Shown: piece by piece, positions 61,734-64,000 of the stretch
How positions within the stretch are numbered: the first letter of the stretch is position 1
Layout: the number at the start of each line of letters is the position of its first letter
Source: Telluribacter sp.
Lineage (GTDB): Bacteria; Bacteroidota; Bacteroidia; Cytophagales; Spirosomataceae
DNA length: 64,000 bases
Direction of reading: 5' to 3'
Assembly: GCF_035998675.1 (NCBI RefSeq)
Contig: NZ_DASYHI010000013.1
Coordinates: 215,001 to 279,000, forward strand
Program-made: the position numbers and the translations under genes
The notes under the pieces: model-generated
The model's database searches: none
Told to the model about the DNA's origin: nothing
Seen by the model: the letters and a program-made list of their open reading frames with translations, nothing else

Positions 61734-63518
61734 TCAGCCCAGGACCGTGGCGGCCAGGCGGCCAATGTTCAGGGCCCGGGCGTTTGAATCAATAATGTCG
61801 CGGTACAGGCCGCCGGCTTTATAGAGCGATTCGTGGGTACCTTCGCCAACAACCTGCCCTTCGCTGAGGACATAAATATGGTCGGCATCCATAATCTGAC
61901 TGATGTTGTGGGAGATAATTACCACCGTGCGGTCCTTCTTGACTGCATCCAGACTTTCCTTGATCTGCTCGGTTGTAATGGCGTCGAGGCTGGCGGTAGG
62001 TTCATCCAGAAATATGACGGGAGGATTTTTCAGGAACAGCCGCGCAATGGCAATGCGCTGCTGTTGTCCCCCCGACAGCGACCGGGCTTCGGCCCCGTAT
62101 TGCTGGGGCAGGTTCATGATCTGGTCGTGCAGGCAGGCCTTTCGGGCTGCTTCCTTGATTTCGTCCAAACTTGCTTCCAGACGGCCGTACCGAATGTTTT
62201 CTTCAATGGTACCTGAGAAAATATGATTCTTCTGCATCACCAGGCCCACATTTTCCCGAACCCATTCGCTGTCATATTCTTCCAGGGCTTTTCCATCCAG
62301 CAGAATTTGTCCCTCCGTCGGGGAGTAAAATCCGGCCAGCAGATTCATCAGGGAGCTTTTTCCGGCCCCCGACAGACCCACAAAGGCAGTAGTTTGCCCT
62401 TTCCGGATTGTCATGGAAACCGACTGCAACGCCCTGGTACCATTAGGATAGACAAAGTCCACATCTTTGACTACAAATTCCCCCACGAACTGCTCGCCCC
62501 GCATGGATTTTGGCAACAGAAGGAAGGCATTACTGCCAATCATCTCAAAAAAGCCCTCGGCATAGGATAAAGCTTCGGAGTATTCATCATAAATGCGGTG
62601 CAGATGTCGGACCGGGGCCGACACATTATTGAAGAGCATCAGGTGCAGTAGTATGGCCCCTACGGTCATTTGCTGGTTCAGGACGAAGTAGATGGTAATG
62701 ACAAACACCATGACCACGCCCAGCTGCTCGGCAATGGTTTTCAGTCCGTCGAAGAGGTAGTTGGTCCGGTGGTGGCGTACTTCCGTAGAAGACAACGAGG
62801 AGGCCAGTAGCCGCTGCCGGTCCGACTCATAGGACTCCCGGACGAACGATTTAACCACAAAAATAGATTCGAGCAGGCTGAACAGTGAGTTGGTTTTATC
62901 TTCGCGGTACCGCTGAATATCCTGCCGGATCTGCTTTTGCCGGAGCGACTGCTGCCGGCTGATCAGGGCATACAGCGGCATGATGAGGGTGGCACACAAA
63001 CCCACATAGATATTCTTTTTGTACATCAAAGCCAGCGCCAGCGTGGCATTGGCCAGCATGGGCAAAATATCGACAAAGATATTCTTCACGGTTTTGGCCA
63101 GACTTTCTATGCCTTTGTCAATCCGCTTTTCAAGGCGACCGGTTTGGTTATGAGGCAGGGCAAAAAATGCCAGGTGGTAAGCCACTATTCGACGGATGGT
63201 ATAATCGTACAGGTCCGCCGACAGGTTAAAACGCAGCCGGTCGCTCAGGTACTTTTGCCCCAGCTGTACCAACAAATTCAGAATTTCTTTGAAAAAAAGA
63301 ATGGCCGCCAGTCCTCCTACAATCATCCACACGTCCTGTCGGTCGGGTACCGTGGTATCCAGCATCTGCTCCACCGTATTGACCGTATACTCCATTACCA
63401 GCGGCGTAACCTGCGCCAGCAATGCGCCAATCAGGGTAAGAATCAACGTCAGGCTCAGAGCACCCCGGTAATTCTTTACAAAAGGCCATACCTTTTTAAT
63501 CAGGGTCAGGGTGCTCAT
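61734..63518 (-). CDS. ABC exporter, fused permease/ATPase (MsbA-like type)
   Basis: 594 aa with six N-terminal TM helices. It has Walker A (GLSGAGKSS), the signature LSGGQQQR and Walker B (VIFLDEPT). Confidence 0.9.
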   Translation of the reverse strand: MSTLTLIKKVWPFVKNYRGALSLTLILTLIGALLAQVTPLVMEYTVNTVEQMLDTTVPDRQDVWMIVGGLAAILFFKEILNLLVQLGQKYLSDRLRFNLSADLYDYTIRRIVAYHLAFFALPHNQTGRLEKRIDKGIESLAKTVKNIFVDILPMLANATLALALMYKKNIYVGLCATLIMPLYALISRQQSLRQKQIRQDIQRYREDKTNSLFSLLESIFVVKSFVRESYESDRQRLLASSLSSTEVRHHRTNYLFDGLKTIAEQLGVVMVFVITIYFVLNQQMTVGAILLHLMLFNNVSAPVRHLHRIYDEYSEALSYAEGFFEMIGSNAFLLLPKSMRGEQFVGEFVVKDVDFVYPNGTRALQSVSMTIRKGQTTAFVGLSGAGKSSLMNLLAGFYSPTEGQILLDGKALEEYDSEWVRENVGLVMQKNHIFSGTIEENIRYGRLEASLDEIKEAARKACLHDQIMNLPQQYGAEARSLSGGQQQRIAIARLFLKNPPVIFLDEPTASLDAITTEQIKESLDAVKKDRTVVIISHNISQIMDADHIYVLSEGQVVGEGTHESLYKAGGLYRDIIDSNARALNIGRLAATVLG

Positions 63519-64000
63519 CAGGATTCTTTTCTGGGTGCTTTTTCGGGAGAGAAATCAGTTGGCAGGGCCTGCATTATTTCGTGCGTGAGCAGTTTGCCGT
63601 CTGCTTTATAATCGTAAAACAGTTCGGTCATGGAAGCAATAATATGCGGATCATCGGTCAGGAAAGCCGTAAGCTTGGAGGAGCGTCCGCTGGAGCTTAA
63701 GCCACTACCCAGTATACACACGCACTTGCTGCGGTACAGACCGGGTTTGTTTTCCTGCGGCGAGCTGATAAAAAGCTGAATGGGCAGGGTCCGATTAATT
63801 TTGGTGACCCTCACCCCCAGGTCCTGCATGTCCCGGATAGCCTTTGTGTGCTGGTCAAACAGGAGCCGCACCAGCATGGTTTGGGGGTCTTCCTCGCCTG
63901 CCTCCTGCGTCGACTGCTGAGGAACCAGAAACCGATTGTGATGGGGAATGGTATCCTGCTGCCGGAGGGGCGCGTTGCTACCGCTGCGGTAGGTTTCGAC
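63518..64000 (-). CDS. Hypothetical protein, C-terminal part only (gene continues past the right edge)
   Basis: The reading frame stays open from the window edge (my translation of 64000-63878 has no stop) down to the stop overlapping the ABC start codon at 63518. I recognise no motif. Confidence 0.5.
   Translation of the reverse strand, partial: VETYRSGSNAPLRQQDTIPHHNRFLVPQQSTQEAGEEDPQTMLVRLLFDQHTKAIRDMQDLGVRVTKINRTLPIQLFISSPQENKPGLYRSKCVCILGSGLSSSGRSSKLTAFLTDDPHIIASMTELFYDYKADGKLLTHEIMQALPTDFSPEKAPRKES

Noticed and set aside
61523-61765. N-terminal 81-aa extension of the FHA-protease ORF.
   Set aside because: Its 5' end would overlap the 3' end of the ABC transporter gene. It has odd composition (W/R/P-rich), and a good ATG (61522) immediately precedes the FHA domain.

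Overview
Chromosomal window that looks like Bacteroidota, probably a Cytophagales-type genome (inferred from gene content only). The backbone is moderately GC-rich and contains: (a) three complete SusC/SusD outer-membrane uptake pairs plus a fourth SusD fragment at the left edge; one pair is wired to an ECF sigma factor, a FecR anti-sigma factor and an STN-domain SusC; (b) a Planctomycete-type cluster with a CxxCH/LRR membrane protein, DUF1501, a Gfo/Idh/MocA oxidoreductase and DUF1549/DUF1553; (c) four proteins with twin-arginine (Tat) signals; (d) several two-component regulators; (e) a minus-strand cluster encoding an ABC exporter, an FHA-TM-trypsin-like protease, a Ser/Thr kinase, a PP2C phosphatase, a second kinase and an OM beta-barrel. 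Accessory content: two visibly AT-rich islands (about 3240-4740 and 12400-15000) flank the sigma/FecR/SusCD block. They carry small same-strand ORFs, each followed by a copy of a modular palindromic repeat, plus a probable frameshifted nuclease-like gene, a decayed HNH gene and an intact HepT/MNT toxin-antitoxin pair. An IS200-like/RAYT-type Y1 transposase (28962-29426) sits in a REP-like hairpin array. A GC-rich, strongly self-complementary segment of about 300 nt, ending in a hairpin plus T-run, lies just upstream of the third susC and is a candidate structured RNA. I found no rRNA, tRNA or CRISPR array. Family names come from motif recognition by eye, and start codons are best guesses.
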